The notes below the pieces were generated by a model. That model was not told the DNA's origin, did not search any database, and was given only the letters and a program-made list of their open reading frames with translations. This document shows, in pieces, positions 1-12,645 of a DNA stretch of 64,000 nt. Both the position numbers and the translations under genes were made by a program. The DNA is from Octopus sinensis (taxonomy: Eukaryota). Each line of letters begins with the position of its first letter. Positions within the stretch are counted from its first letter, which is position 1. The stretch covers positions 108,252,001 through 108,316,000 of the forward strand of contig NC_042997.1 in NCBI RefSeq assembly GCF_006345805.1, given 5' to 3'.

Positions 1-1031
1 TTTAATTTTAAAAATAGAATAAGAATTTTTTAAGCATCAGATAGCTAGGAGGGTCCACTAGAGTAAAATAGAAATCAAAGGGATCCATAGGCAAAAAAAA
101 AAAGAAGGGGGATTCAGAACCTGTGTTCTACAGCATCACTGCCACTGCCTTGTCTAATTGTCACCACATTTCTATTGGAATTCACTGCTTTTGCTGCAAT
201 TAATTTTGAAAAGAATGAAAAAAATTAGTAAAATAACTTTGTTGTTAATAAGCAGGTGTTTAGAATATAAATTAAAATGACATTTTGACGCAAGGTTTTA
301 AATTCAGATCATTTTAAAAGCAGAAAGTTTGTTTTGTAAAACTAAGGGTTATCTCAGGTGGGAATGGATGAAAAGGGTTAAAGACATTCAGGTGTCAAGG
401 TGGTATATATGGGGTACTCTAATACTCTTATACAGGTGTCATTAACTTGCTGTTCTCAAGTGAAATCTCTTCCCAACCAAAGCTATGATGATGGGTTGAT
501 ATTCTGTCTTGAAGATTAAAATATTCCTCAAACATTCAACATCTTGAAGTAAATTGTGACATCAAATGGTTTTGGCTGTTGAGACATATGTTGTCCTGTG
601 TGCTCTGATTTTCTTCAGTGCTGACCAAAGATGATGATGGAATGTCAATGAAGAATTTTGTTTAGCTTTGCATCGTTACAGAACAAACTATTGGATGATT
701 TGTAAGAAGTGAGTTGATTCTGAAATGAAATCTTTAATTTTGGCAAGTTTTCAAACAAGCACCAATTATCTCCTATATTCTAAAAATATGCCAATTTAAA
801 TGCCCTTGGCTCCCCTAAACAAAATAATTCATTTTACCAATTATATAAAATGTAATTTGTAAGGTAGGTTCATTTCCTGCTGAATAAACAAATATTTGAA
901 ACTTTAGTTCATCTCTTAACTATTATTGGTTATTGATCTGGGGGTTATTGGGTGTTTAAAATCTAAAAACAAATTCTGAAAATGAATGTAAAACCTCTTG
1001 ATTTCCTTAAATCCAGTGAAACATTTTAACC

Positions 1032-1380
1032 AATTCTGTTGTGTCTGAGGAGAGTCATTTTCTTTTTGTGCCTTATAATTGAAAAACACACCCACCGGTA
1101 AAATTTCCACTTTTTTCTTATTTTTATTTTCCTAAAATTTTCGTTGCGTCTTGCAACCTTTTCAATAGAGTCAAAACTATTGAAAAGGTTGCAAGACGCA
1201 ACGAAAATTTTCAGAAAATAAAAATACAAAATAAGTGGAAATTTTACCGATGAGTGTGTTATATTATAAGGCACAAAAAGAAAATGACTCTCCCCAGACA
1301 CAACAGAATATGCTTCAACACACAAACTCACATAAAGAATCTTGCAAACCAAACCCAAAAACGAAATATTTTATCCAATG
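1032..1380. mobile_element. Inverted-pair (foldback) element, family H1, probably Penelope-derived and non-autonomous
   Basis: 1032-1168 is the reverse complement of about 1177-1315. The same family recurs at 12253-12645 and 31545-31690. A hammerhead-like motif sits at the inner junction. Confidence 0.75.
1132..1168 (-). ncRNA. Candidate minimal hammerhead ribozyme, U3-A8 variant (family H1)
   Basis: Minus strand: CTA-TTGAAAA-G-GTTGC(AAGAC)GCAAC-GAA-AATT-T/TAG. Stem II 5 bp, palindromic stem III AATT, stem I only 3 bp. Confidence 0.45.
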
Positions 1381-1958
1381 TTTGTAAATTTTAGTTTTTT
1401 TATTTGTAAATTGAACCAAAATCAGGAATCAAAAGAAGGTTCTCATCTGTGATTTCAAAGAATTGTTAGCCAACCATAGACTTAGTTTAGATTCCAGTTG
1501 TAGAAGTCCAACAAATTGAGCAACTCAGTTATAAAATGTGAGAGCAGCCAGGTACAGGTGAACTCTTGTAATCTGATATGAATTCCCCCACCTACCACCA
1601 CCTATTGATGGTATTTAACAGAACAATGTGTAAAGGGGTTTGGCGTAGTGTAGCCACCAATTCTACATTCTCTGGACAACAAGAAACTCTGTTCCATAAA
1701 GTTAGTCATTTGTGAGTAAAACAAAACCTGGTAATTAACAACACACAGTATAATTAACAATAGAAAATATAATTAACAAAAAAGAATTAGTAATTGTTTA
1801 TCATTATGACATATTATAATTACCAAAATAGGTAATATTATTATTCTAGTTTTGGTGGAGGATTCTTTTATGTAATTAGAGAAATTGATTGACTCATATT
1901 ATCACATGCTTCCAAAATCATCATCATCATCATTATTATTGTTATTGTTGTTATTATT

Positions 1959-2365
1959 AAGGAAATGAACTGGCAGAATTGCTCACATATGTTAAGCAAG
2001 ATACTCGATGGCATTTCTTCCTGTTCTTTACATTCTGAGTTCAAATTGTGCCAAAGTCAACTTTGCCTTTCAGGGTTAGTAAAAAAAGTGCTAGTCAAGT
2101 GCCAGGTTTGATGTAACCAACTAACCCCCACCCCACCCAAACAACCAACCACCCTCTAAAACTCATGACCATCGATCAAAATTTTAAACCGGATGAAATG
2201 CTTGTTGGCATTTCATTCATCTTTACATTCTGCGTTGAAATTTTGCCAAGGTCGACTTTGCCTTTCATCCTTTTGAGGGTCTATAAAATAAGTACCAGTT
2301 GCGTACTGGGGCCAATATGATTGACTACCCCTTCCTCCAGACATTGTGCCTTTAGTAGAAAGAAT
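1959..2365 (+). mobile_element. Two adjacent copies of SINE family A
   Basis: Shared core tctgagttcaaatt...gtcgactttgcctttcatcc...aagtaccagtt...ctgggg, as in the full copy at 57861-58091. Confidence 0.8.
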
Positions 2366-2389
2366 TATTATTGTCCTTACAACTAGTAA

Positions 2390-2993
2390 CTGAGACCTTT
2401 TGGCAATATGCCATGCTTGAGAAGAGCTGTCAAGCCAAGAGGAATCGTAGTCATGGCCAATGTAACTGGCACTCGTGCCAGCCACATGTAAAAAGGCAAC
2501 TTTTGAGCATTGGGCCTCACAGTGGCAAGGTGGCTGATGCTAGTGTCGCATAACAAGTGTGCAGGTGGCACATAAAAAACATCTTTCAAGTGTTGGATCT
2601 CATGGAGGCAACATGACTGATGCTGGTGTCGCGTGACAAGCACCTGTGCTGGTGGCACATAAAAGGCACCTTTTGAGCATTGGACCTCATGAAAACAATG
2701 GCAAATGACTAAGACCCTTAGCGATAAGCTGTGCTTGAGTAGAAGAGCCATCAAGCTGAGTGAAACTGTAGTTGTGACAAATATGGGTGTCATGCAAATG
2801 GCCCCCATGCTGGTGGCACATAAAAGTAGCCATTACACTCTCAGAGTAGTGGGCATTAGGAAGGGCATCCAACTGGAGAAAACCATGCCAAATCAGACTG
2901 GAGTTTGGTGCAGTCCCTCGGCTTACCAACCCTGGTCAAACCATCCAACCCATGCCAGCATGGACAACGGACATTAAATGATGATGATGATGA
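2390..2993 (+). mobile_element. RTE LINE 3' UTR fragment with (GAT)n tail
   Basis: ggcattaggaagggcatcc...ccaacccatgccagcatgg...taaatgatgatgat, the same 3' end that follows RT ORF2 at 9912-10385. Confidence 0.85.
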
Positions 2994-3669
2994 TTGTTAT
3001 TATGAGGAATTGTATTTGCTTAGATTGTCATGTTCTGAGATTTGCTGTTTCCATTGTTTGAGTCTTAGAGTCACCAACTCCAAAGAAACAATTGTTGAAA
3101 TTGTCTTACCACTAGTGCTTTTTTTATGTGGCACCAGCATATAATTCTACAATTAATAATTAACAACATAAGACTTATAGAAATAGAGAAAACTATATTA
3201 ATTAATGGACTTATACAAAACAAGGTTAATTAACAGACTTAATCGTGATTAATTGAGACCTCAGGTGATTTGAGTAAACACACATTGCTAATAGGGATAC
3301 CAGGGTTAAATCAGATTCTTTTCTGTCTGTGGTCAAAGAAATGATCTGCAGTGATGATGATGATAATGATATTGAAGCTGATCAAATCACTTTCCTTTTT
3401 TCTGGTCGCAGAAACATTTCAGGTTAAACTATAATTATTTAGTCATTAGTGTTAGGTTAAGGGAATGTGTTTACTAAAACACGCTCCTGCATGGAAATCT
3501 GTCAACACCACATAAGCTATGCAGTAGTTAAGCTTATACAGAATTCATTAACGTATCTTATAACATTATATAATGTTGTCATTTTCCTAAATATTAATTT
3601 CCAGATAATCAAATACAAAAAACAGAAACTGACCTAGAGTTTATTGTGGGTTGTCTATACATGTGTGTA

Positions 3670-4088
3670 TCATCATCATCATTTAATGTCCATTTTCCAT
3701 GCTGGCATGAGTTGAATGGTTTGACTGGAGATGGCAAGGGTGGAGAGCTGTACCAGGCTTCAAGTGTCTGTTTTGCCATGGGTTTCTACAGTTGGATGCC
3801 CTTCCTAATGCCAAGCACTTCACAGTGTGTACTGGGTGCGTTTTACATGGCACAAGCGTGGTATATATACATATATATATATATAAGTATGTATGTATAT
3901 AAATATATATATATCATCATCGTTTAACATCCGCTTTCCATGCTGGCATGGGTTGGACGGTTCAACCGGGGTCTGGGAAGCTAGGTGGCTGCACCAGGCT
4001 CCAGTCTGATCTGGCAATGTTTCTACAGCTGGATGCCCTTCCTAACGCCAACCACTCCGTGAGTGTGGTGGGCACTTTGTACGTGCCG
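3670..4088 (-). mobile_element. Two truncated RTE 3' UTR copies
   Basis: catcatcat-ttaa(t/c)gtcc..tttccatgctggcatg at about 3670 and 3914. Confidence 0.85.
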
Positions 4089-4314
4089 TGTGTGTATGTA
4101 TTTTGGCTTTTAAAGTTTCTTCTCTTTTTTCAGTCAGTCAGGTTTATGTTGAAGCATAAACCTGACTTTTACAGGTCTCCACTCCACCCCAAAGTCCCTA
4201 CACTATTGTTGAAAACACACACACACACCATCATCATCATCATCATTGCACCACGTCCTAATTCTTTCTGGAAATTCCATGTTGTTCGCCATTTTCATTA
4301 TTGCATTTGAAGAT

Positions 4315-4665
4315 GGAGTCATTTGATTGTGGCCATGCTGGGGCACTGCCTTCAGGAATTTTATCCTAATGAATCAACCCCAGTACCTTTTTTTTTTTAA
4401 TGCCTGATACATATTCTGTCAATCTCTTTTGCTGAACTGCTAAGTTACAGGGATGTAAACACACCAACACCAGTTGTCAAACGGTGGTGGGACACAAACA
4501 CGTAACAGGCTTCTTACAGTTTCTGTCTACCAAATCCACTGACAAGGCTTTGGTCAGCCCAAATCTATAGTAGAAGAACTCACCCAAGGTGTTGCACAGT
4601 GGGACCAAACCTCAAAGCATGAGGTTGGGGAGCAAACGTCTTACTGCACACCAATACCTGCACCT
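4315..4665 (-). mobile_element. tRNA-derived SINE family B
   Basis: Reverse complement of the family consensus seen at 56662-57048. Confidence 0.75.
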
Positions 4666-4819
4666 GGAACCATCTTGTGTGGTTTTCCTGCTGTTTCCAA
4701 GGAGATTATCAATCTTTTTAGAAGTATGTGAACTGAAATATTGAATGGACAGAATGTGTCTTGAGGTCAAGATTCATTGAAGCAAGGACATAGTTAGAGG
4801 TAGTTAGGGTGTGGAGGTG

Positions 4820-4960
4820 CATAGATTAGTGGTTAGGGTGTCTGACCCATGTCATAAGTTTGTGGTTTTGATTCCCGGACTGGGCAGTGCATTGTGTTCT
4901 TGAGCAAAACCCTCCAGTTCACTCAGCTGACAAAAAGGAGGAATCTTGGGATGGACTACC
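4820..4960 (+). mobile_element. tRNA-derived SINE family C (head gtggttagggtg...ttgagcaa)
   Basis: tRNA-like head with A/B-box-like motifs; a related copy lies at 50205-50520 on the minus strand. Confidence 0.55.
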
Positions 4961-5914
4961 ACAAGAACTGTGGCACCTGGGCCTTTGCATGTATATGACT
5001 CATAAAAAAGGATCTTTATCCTCTTCATATATAATTAGGGAGATTGAAATATAGATATAGGGTCCTGGTTAGTTTAACTGAAACATCATAAGTAACAAAT
5101 TAATTTAGGTTGATAGCCGTTATTCGTTTGGTGTAGTCATAATTCCAACTGTTTCCCAGAGTTCTATACAATTCTGTCATATTATTTCTGCGATGGATTT
5201 TGGTCACGTTGTTGCAATAAGAAATGAATTCTCTGCAATCATTCATTGATTTAAACAATTCTCTTCTCAAACATTTGTCACCATTGTCCATTGAAAATCT
5301 TTTATCAACCATACCAGTTCTAATTAAATTTTTCTAATTTGAAACTTTTTCTGCATAGCAAGCACCTGCTCCACTCTGATTACAAACACAATAAAATCAA
5401 AATTCTAAGATTATTCAGATACGTAGTTCATGGCTACTGTTCTCTATTCTAAACTATGTGTAACCTGTAATTCCTTGACCAACATATTGAAATTCTTGCA
5501 AACACCACAGGTTTATTAATGGGCCACATCTGAACACCTCTTTAACACCTGAAATCCCTATACCCCATAATTTGGAATTAAAAACAGGCACCCTTTACCA
5601 TCTTAATGTCTCATTTTACCAAAAGTAACCCTAAATGGCAATTCTGATGCATGCCCTAAACATCACTGTGGAACCTACACCACTACCCTTTAGCGTTCAC
5701 CTTATTCTGTCAAACGCAATCCTTATTCCGATTGTCTTGAATTAATCCTGCATTATTTTGTAACTTCAAGATTTTAATGATGTAATTGTTTATTTCTAGA
5801 TTGTCATTGTAGGGTAGGTGTGAGAAGCCAGGCCGGTCTGGTCAGAGCATAAAACAGGCAAAATATTTCGGCTAGATATGGCCAGTTTAAATGCAAGAAT
5901 TACTATTTCAAATA

Positions 5915-6130
5915 AAGCAGTGAGCTGGCAGATTCCTTTGCATGCCAGATAAAATGCTTGGTGGTATTTTGTCAGTCTTTATGTTCTGAGTTCAAATTCC
6001 ACCAAAGTCGACTTTGCCTTTCATCCTTTCAGGGTTGATAAAATAAGTACCAGTTGAGTACTGGGGTCAATGCAACTGACTTATCCCCTCCTCCAAAATT
6101 GCTGGCCTTGGGACAAAATTAGAAGCCAGT
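5915..6130 (+). mobile_element. SINE family A
   Basis: gagctggcag...aaatgctt...gtcgactttgcctttcatcc... Confidence 0.8.
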
Positions 6131-6589
6131 TATTATTCCAGATAATATTTTGATATAATGTGGTGTGTTCTAGACCCAGGGATCTTGTTCAATATTTGAT
6201 CAGCACCCCTGCTGACCCCACTCCCCAATCACTTTAACTGTTAACTATGATTAAATAATATAACTTGACCTTTGACTCAGTTAAATTCTCAACTACCATG
6301 GCTGTTGCAATGATAAACCAACTGGAATACCACCACCACCACCACTACTACTACTAATAATAATAATAATGATGATGATGATAATCTTTAGCTCTCAGAT
6401 AGAGGTTGTTAGGTAAGAGGTGAGCTTAAATAAAATAGACATGTTGTCTAGTGACAGCTTATAAAACACTTGTTAGTAACCAAACTGTTTAATAAGGTCT
6501 GTCTATTTCCACCTGTGTTTATCACTCGTTAAAAAACAGGATATAATTCTGTATAAGATTACGTACACACATATATGTAACTATATAAA

Positions 6590-7030
6590 TCATCATCATT
6601 GAATGTCTGTTTTTCTGTGCTGGTATGGGTTGGACTGTTTGGCAGCCAGATGGTTGCACCAGGTTCCATTTGTCTGCTCTGGCCTGGTTCCTACAGCCAG
6701 ATGCCCTTCCTAACGTCAATCACTTTACCATTTTCTTTTTTGATGTGGCACCAACACCAGTGCCTTTTGCATGGCACCAGCACTGACAGTGCCATGAAAT
6801 ATCTTGCAAGACCTTATTCTAAAATAATATAAAATTTGGTAGGAAAAAGTGTGTCTAATGGTTAGTGATGAATATTTGAACCTAATTTGATCGCATTCAC
6901 TTCCAACCACAGGGTTTCGGGTTCAATCCCACTGCATTGCACCTTGGGCAAGAGTCTTCTATTATAGCCTCAGACCAACCAAAGCCTTAAAAGTGGATTT
7001 GATAGATGGAAACTCAAAGAAGCCTTTACA
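6590..7030. mobile_element. RTE 3' UTR fragment (-) followed by SINE B 5' part (+, about 6880-7030)
   Basis: Family motifs as above. Confidence 0.7.
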
Positions 7031-7284
7031 TGTATGTGTGTGTGAGTGAGTGTATGTTTCTGTTTCTTTGTCTTCATGCCATCTCATAATCGTAAATAGA
7101 TGTCACTGTCGTATAAACAGTGTCATATGTTTCCAATTCTCAGCAAAAGTGTGTCTGTATCCATATTATCTTGCTTGGAAACAGGTGTCTGTTGGCAATG
7201 AGAAAGATATCCAACTGTAGAAAATCTATCCAATCAACACCATTCAATCCATGCAAGCATGGAAAAGTGAATATGTCATCATCA

Positions 7285-7785
7285 CCATCATCATCATCAT
7301 TTAACGTCCGTTTTCCATGCTAGCATGGGTTGGACGGTTCAACTGGGATCTGGGAAGCCAGAAGGCTGCGCCAGGCCCAGTCTGATCTGGCAGTGTTTCT
7401 ACGGATGGATGCCCTTCCTAACGCCAACCACTCCATGAGTGTAGTGTGTGCTTTTTACGTGCCACCTGCACAGGTGCCAGATGAGGCTGGCAAACAGCCA
7501 CGATCAGATGGTGCTTTTTACGTGCCACCGGCACGGGGGCCAGTCGAGGCTGGCAACGGCCACAATCGGATGGTGCATTTTACGTGCCACCGGCACAGAG
7601 GCCAGTCGGGGCGGCGCTGGCAACGGCCACGTTCGGATGATTCTCTTACGTGCCATCGGCACTGGTATCACAGCTACAATTTCCATTGATGTTGATCGAT
7701 TTTGATTTTTCATTTTCACTTGCCTCAACAGGTCTTCACAAGTAGGGTTTGTGTCACAAGAAGGAAAGGTATGCATAAGTGGGCC
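7285..7785 (-). mobile_element. RTE 3' UTR with internal ~50-bp repeats
   Basis: Closely matches 9912-10340. Confidence 0.9.
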
Positions 7786-9083
7786 ACAGTTGTCTAGTAT
7801 GTAATAAAATGTGTAAAAGCTTGGCCGGGCTTAAAAGTCATATAAGGGCATCACATGGCAATAATCATGAATCATTTCAGTAAGTCTTCTTGGCAATGGC
7901 TTTTCTAGTTTAACGTGGATGCAGCTATCATATGATATATATATATATATATATATTTTCTTCAGTATCATTATCATCATTTAATGTCAGCCTTCCATGC
8001 TAGCATGGGTGGGATGGTTTCACAAGAACCAGCCAGGCAGAAGCCTGCACCAGACTTTTTATATATATTTAATACTTTTTAATAGAGATTGAGTGTACAG
8101 AAATGTATGACTGCAGCCCTTATGTTTAGAGCTTGTCTTAGATTATCCTAATCCAGTCTGCTTCCTGTAGAGTTGTCAAATAACTTCTATCCTGAATGGT
8201 GTTACCAGTTATGAACTACAAAGTAAATGGAAGGAGAATAACGGTAAGCTCAAGTTTTATAATATAAACTTGTATTTAACCTTTTTTTCTTCTGATTAAT
8301 ACTTGAACAAAGTTTCATCAACTTCATAAATTTGGTCATAATGAAATTTGGAACCACCGTTTCATTAGTTGATTGTTGATATTCCATTGCTGAGGTAAAA
8401 TGGTTAGTTCTTAGGTTTACAGTTCAAATCTCAATGAAGCAGTTAATTTTGTGTTTAGAGTTCCACATTTAATTGAACATTATTGTTGATAGAAACATAC
8501 ATTTTTTTTTTTAGGATTTTACTTAATTGAGATCAGTGTCCCACACCAGGGAAAGGTTTTTTTTTTGTTTGTCTCATGTGCTCTATGCCATAAAACTAGA
8601 GCTAATGAGTCCCTTGTAGTGTCTTTGATAATGGTGTCTGTTAGCCTTGGTCAGTCACAGTCCAGTTGACCTTTTCAAAATGACTGTTTCATAAATCCAG
8701 TGTACTTCAGTTTCACTGAGTACCATATGACGGATCACTTTGTACTTCGATATAGAAAGGTACATCATAAAGAATAAAGTATGATAGTGTGGACATGCTG
8801 TTATATTTTCTCCACTGTTCTGTCTATTCCTGGTTGGCTGTAGGTTCTAATGGTTGCCAATGTGGAGGAGAGAGAGAGAGAGAGAGAGAGAGCAAGTGAA
8901 GTGTGACCATTGTAATATCTTTCTACTGTTCTCTGTTGCTCTACAAGCCAGGTACCATGTTTGAAGTCATTAAAACTGCTGTTATTATTTGATGGACTCC
9001 TGTCCACAGAGGGCAGTCCGTTACAGCCAAGCATCTCTTGGCCAAATACCAAAATGTCTCTGGCAACACATCTGCTTCTCTTG

Positions 9084-9114
<31 letters not shown>

Positions 9115-9679
9115 GTGTCTCTGTTAAAAATTCATGTCCTCTGTTGTTCTGTTACAAACAGTTATTTTGATAACACTATTTCTTCTTAGCTCTGTCTCTT
9201 TGAGATAACAATAACAACAAACAATACTTAAAAATAACAACTGCAATGTTTAGTAAATGTTAAAGCTACCATATTTAACTTCCATGTTGGCTTCATGCTA
9301 TCTTTTTGTTGTTGTTGCTGCTGTTGTTGTTGTAGCTAGAGATGCTATGACTCACACAACCACAATAATTGTCTTCTCTGCAAGTTTCACTCTATCTTTA
9401 GCCATCCTCTCAGTCAGCCTGACCTCTTTCAAACAACAACATTTTTCTACCCTTTTTGTTTTCTTTTGTTCTAATTTGCATAATTTATGCAATGTATAGC
9501 ATGTTGATGTAATCTACCCCCCCCTATTCACTTAATCGTTTAAATACCTGCATAGATAATTAAAGATTTATCTACACTAACTCATCAAAAACATATTTTC
9601 CTCTCATTTCCTGAGTTTCTCTTTGACTTAGGTTCTTCTTCACAACCTTTATTTTTATTATTGTCATTAATAATAATAA

Positions 9680-9880
9680 TCCTTTCAACTCTAGGGATAA
9701 GGCCTGAAATTTTGGGGGAAGGGGCTAGTCGATTATATTAGCCCCAGTACTCAACTGATGCATATTTTGTATACCCCTAAAGGATCAAAGGTAAAAACAC
9801 CCTTGGCAGGAACACAAAACCAGAGGAAATGCCATTAAGCATTTTGTCTGGGAATGGTAAGGATTCTGCCACCTCACTGC
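9680..9880 (-). mobile_element. SINE family A (diverged)
   Basis: ccccagtactcaactgat...ccttggcagg...aagcattttg. Confidence 0.6.
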
Positions 9881-9911
9881 CTCACTACTTCTACTACTAA
9901 TAATAATAATA

Positions 9912-12000
9912 ATCATCATCATCATCGTTTAATGTCCGCTTTCCATGCTAGCATGGGTTGGACAGTTCAACTGGGGTCTTGGAAGCCAGAAGGCTGCGCC
10001 AGGCCCAGTCTGATCTGGCAGTGTTTCTACGGCTGGATGCCCTTCCTAACGCCAACCACTCCGTGAGTGTAGTGGGTGCTTTTTACGTATCTCCGGCACA
10101 GGTGCCAGATGAGGCTGGCAAACGGCCACGATCGGATGATGCTTTTTACGTGCCACCGGCACGGAGGCCAGTTGGGGCAGTGCTGGCAATGGCCACATTC
10201 GGATGGTTCTCTTACGTGCCGCTGGCACAGTTATCACGGCTACAATTTCCATTGATGTTGATTGATTTCGATTTTCACTTGCCTCAACAGGTCTTCACAA
10301 GTAGAGTTTTGTGTCACAAGAAGGAAAGGTATGCGTTAGTGGAGTGGCTACATCCCAGGTAGAGGCCACGGGTTATGGTCTCACTTGTCCTGCTGGGTCT
10401 TCCCATGCACAGCATACTTCCAAAGGTCTCGGTCTCTGGTCATTTCCTCGGTGAGACCTAAAGTTCAAAGGTTATGCTTCACCACCTCGTCCCAGGTTTT
10501 CCTGGGTCTACCTCTTCCACAGGTTCCCTCAACCACTAGGGTGTGGCACTTTTTCTCGCAACTATCTTCATCCATTCTCGCTACATGACCATACCAGCGC
10601 AAACGTCTCTCTTGCACACCACAACTGATGCTTCTTAGGTCCAACTTTTCTCTCAAGGTACTTACACTCTGTCAAGTATGAATACTGACATTACACATCT
10701 ATCAGAGCATACTGGCTTCATTTCTTGCGAGCTTACGCATATCCTCAGCAGTCACGGCCCATGTTTCACTGCTATGTAGCATGGCTGTTCGTACACATGC
10801 GTCATACAGTCTGCCTTTTATTCTGAGCGAGAGGCCTTTTGTCACCAGCAGAGGTAAGAGCCCTCTGAACTTTGCCCAGGCTATTCTTACTCTAGCAGTT
10901 ATACTTTCAGCACACCTGCTCCTGCTACTGACTTGGTCACCTAGGTAACGGAAACTATCAACAATTTCTAGTTTTTTCTCCCTGGAATGTGGCGGAAGTT
11001 GGTCTCTGTGCATTTTCAGTGTTTATTGCTCCTGAGCATCTGCCACATACAAAAACTATCTTCCTAGTTAGCCTTCCTTTGACATTGCTGCACCTCTTAT
11101 GTGTCCATAGCTTACACTTGGTGCACCTTATAGAGTTTCTGCCTACGCCTTTTCTATAGATCAAGCAGGGCCATCTACCTGAAGGCTTTTGTGATTTGCC
11201 TGCCTTCCTACATATTAGGACTTTGGTTTTAGCTAAGTTGATTTTAAGGCCCTTCGATTCTAATCCTTGTCTCCACACTTGAAACTTTGCCTCTAGTTCT
11301 GATAGTGACTCAGCAATTAGAGCGAGGTCATCAGCATATAGGAGCTCCCAAGGGCATCCTGTCTTGAATTCCTCCGTTATTGCCTGGATGACTATGATAA
11401 ATAGGAGGGGGCTAAGGACTGAACCTTGGTGGACCCCTATGTCTACCCTGAATTCTTCAGTGTACTCATTGCCAACCCTCACCTTACTAGTTTCCTCATT
11501 GACCACCAGATAAGGGATCGGGGGACCCTATCAAAGGCTTTCTCCATGTCAACGAAAGCTAGGTACAGGGGCTTATCTTTGGCTAGGTATTTCTCCTGCA
11601 GCTGTCTTACCAGAAATATGGCATCAGTGGCACTTTGCATCCTCATTTAGCACACATTTCTCTCCTACCACATAACGATTCTCTCTCACACACTGTCTTG
11701 CCACACGAAATACCTCAAGTCTTTGGTCCTCACGGCATAGAACATTGGCAAATTTTTTCTTATCTGCTTCCCCTCTGGCTAAATAAACCTGTCTCCTAGC
11801 TTCACTTTTGGCAGTCTGATACAGTTCCCTGCTACCACCATTCTTCCAGTCCTTCCAAGCCTGTCTCTTTTCTCTAATAGCCCTGTCTACAACATTGTTC
11901 CACCACCACGTTATTTTGGGTCGAGAGGGGTCTTTGCACCAACCACAGATCTGGTCAGTGGCTCTCAGCAGGTTGTCCCTTAGAAACCTCCAGTTGTCGG
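9912..12000 (-). mobile_element. 5'-truncated RTE-clade LINE: frameshifted RT ORF2 plus 3' UTR and (GAT)n tail
   Basis: ORF pieces contain GVHQGSVLSPLLF, LLYADDLALI, FRYLG and ERRLRWYGHVARM...RGRPRKTW, typical of RTE reverse transcriptase and C-terminus. Confidence 0.95.
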
Positions 12001-12039
12001 TTGTCCCTTAGAAACCTCAATAATGATAATAATAATAAC

Positions 12040-12250
12040 AACATCTGCACTAGTGGGTCATGTGATGCGGATGGATGAGAACAGTTTCATAAGGACTTGC
12101 TGATCACTAAAAGTGGAAGGAAGTCGTGGGAGAGGGAAACCCAGGAAGACAGGAGACAAAATCTTGAAGAGTAATCTCAAAATGCTGAGCCTTACGAAGA
12201 AGTTGACAGAGGGCTAAGATATGTGGTGCATTGCTGTACTTGAGAAGCCC
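12040..12250 (+). mobile_element. Decayed RTE ORF2 C-terminal fragment
   Basis: Translates to GHVMRMDENS...VEGSRGRGKPRKT. Confidence 0.7.
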
Positions 12251-12252
12251 TG

Positions 12253-12645
12253 TTGTGTCTGGGGAGAGTCATTTTCTTTTTGTGCTTTATAATTTAACAC
12301 ACTCATCGGTAAAATTTCCACTTATTTCTTATTTTAAGTTTCCTAAAATTTTCGTTGCATCTTGCAACCTTTTCAATAGTCCTGACTCCATTCACTCAAT
12401 CATTTAAATGTACGACTGTGGCTGTTAGCAACTCTGGTGTTGTTTTCTGTTTTCAAGACTATTGAAAAGGTTGCAAGATGCATTGAAAATTTTAGGAAAA
12501 TTAAAATAAGAAATAAGTGGAAATTTTACCGATGAGTGTGTTAAATTATTAAGCACAAAAAGAAAATGACTCTCCCCAGACACAACAGAATATGCTTCAA
12601 CACACAAACTCACATAAATTATCTTGCAAACCACATCCAAAAATG
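12253..12645. mobile_element. Inverted-pair element, family H1 (second copy)
   Basis: Arms about 12253-12379 and 12459-12590 are reverse complements and homologous to 1032-1380. Confidence 0.75.
12343..12379 (-). ncRNA. Candidate U3-A8 minimal hammerhead (family H1)
   Basis: CTA-TTGAAAA-G-GTTGC(AAGAT)GCAAC-GAA-AATT-T/TAG; differs from 1132-1168 only in the stem II loop. Confidence 0.45.

Noticed and set aside
8701-8759. Possible 59-bp plus-strand exon (YFSFTEYHMTDHFVLRYRK, ag/gt flanks)
   Set aside because: Weak acceptor and too short to distinguish from chance.
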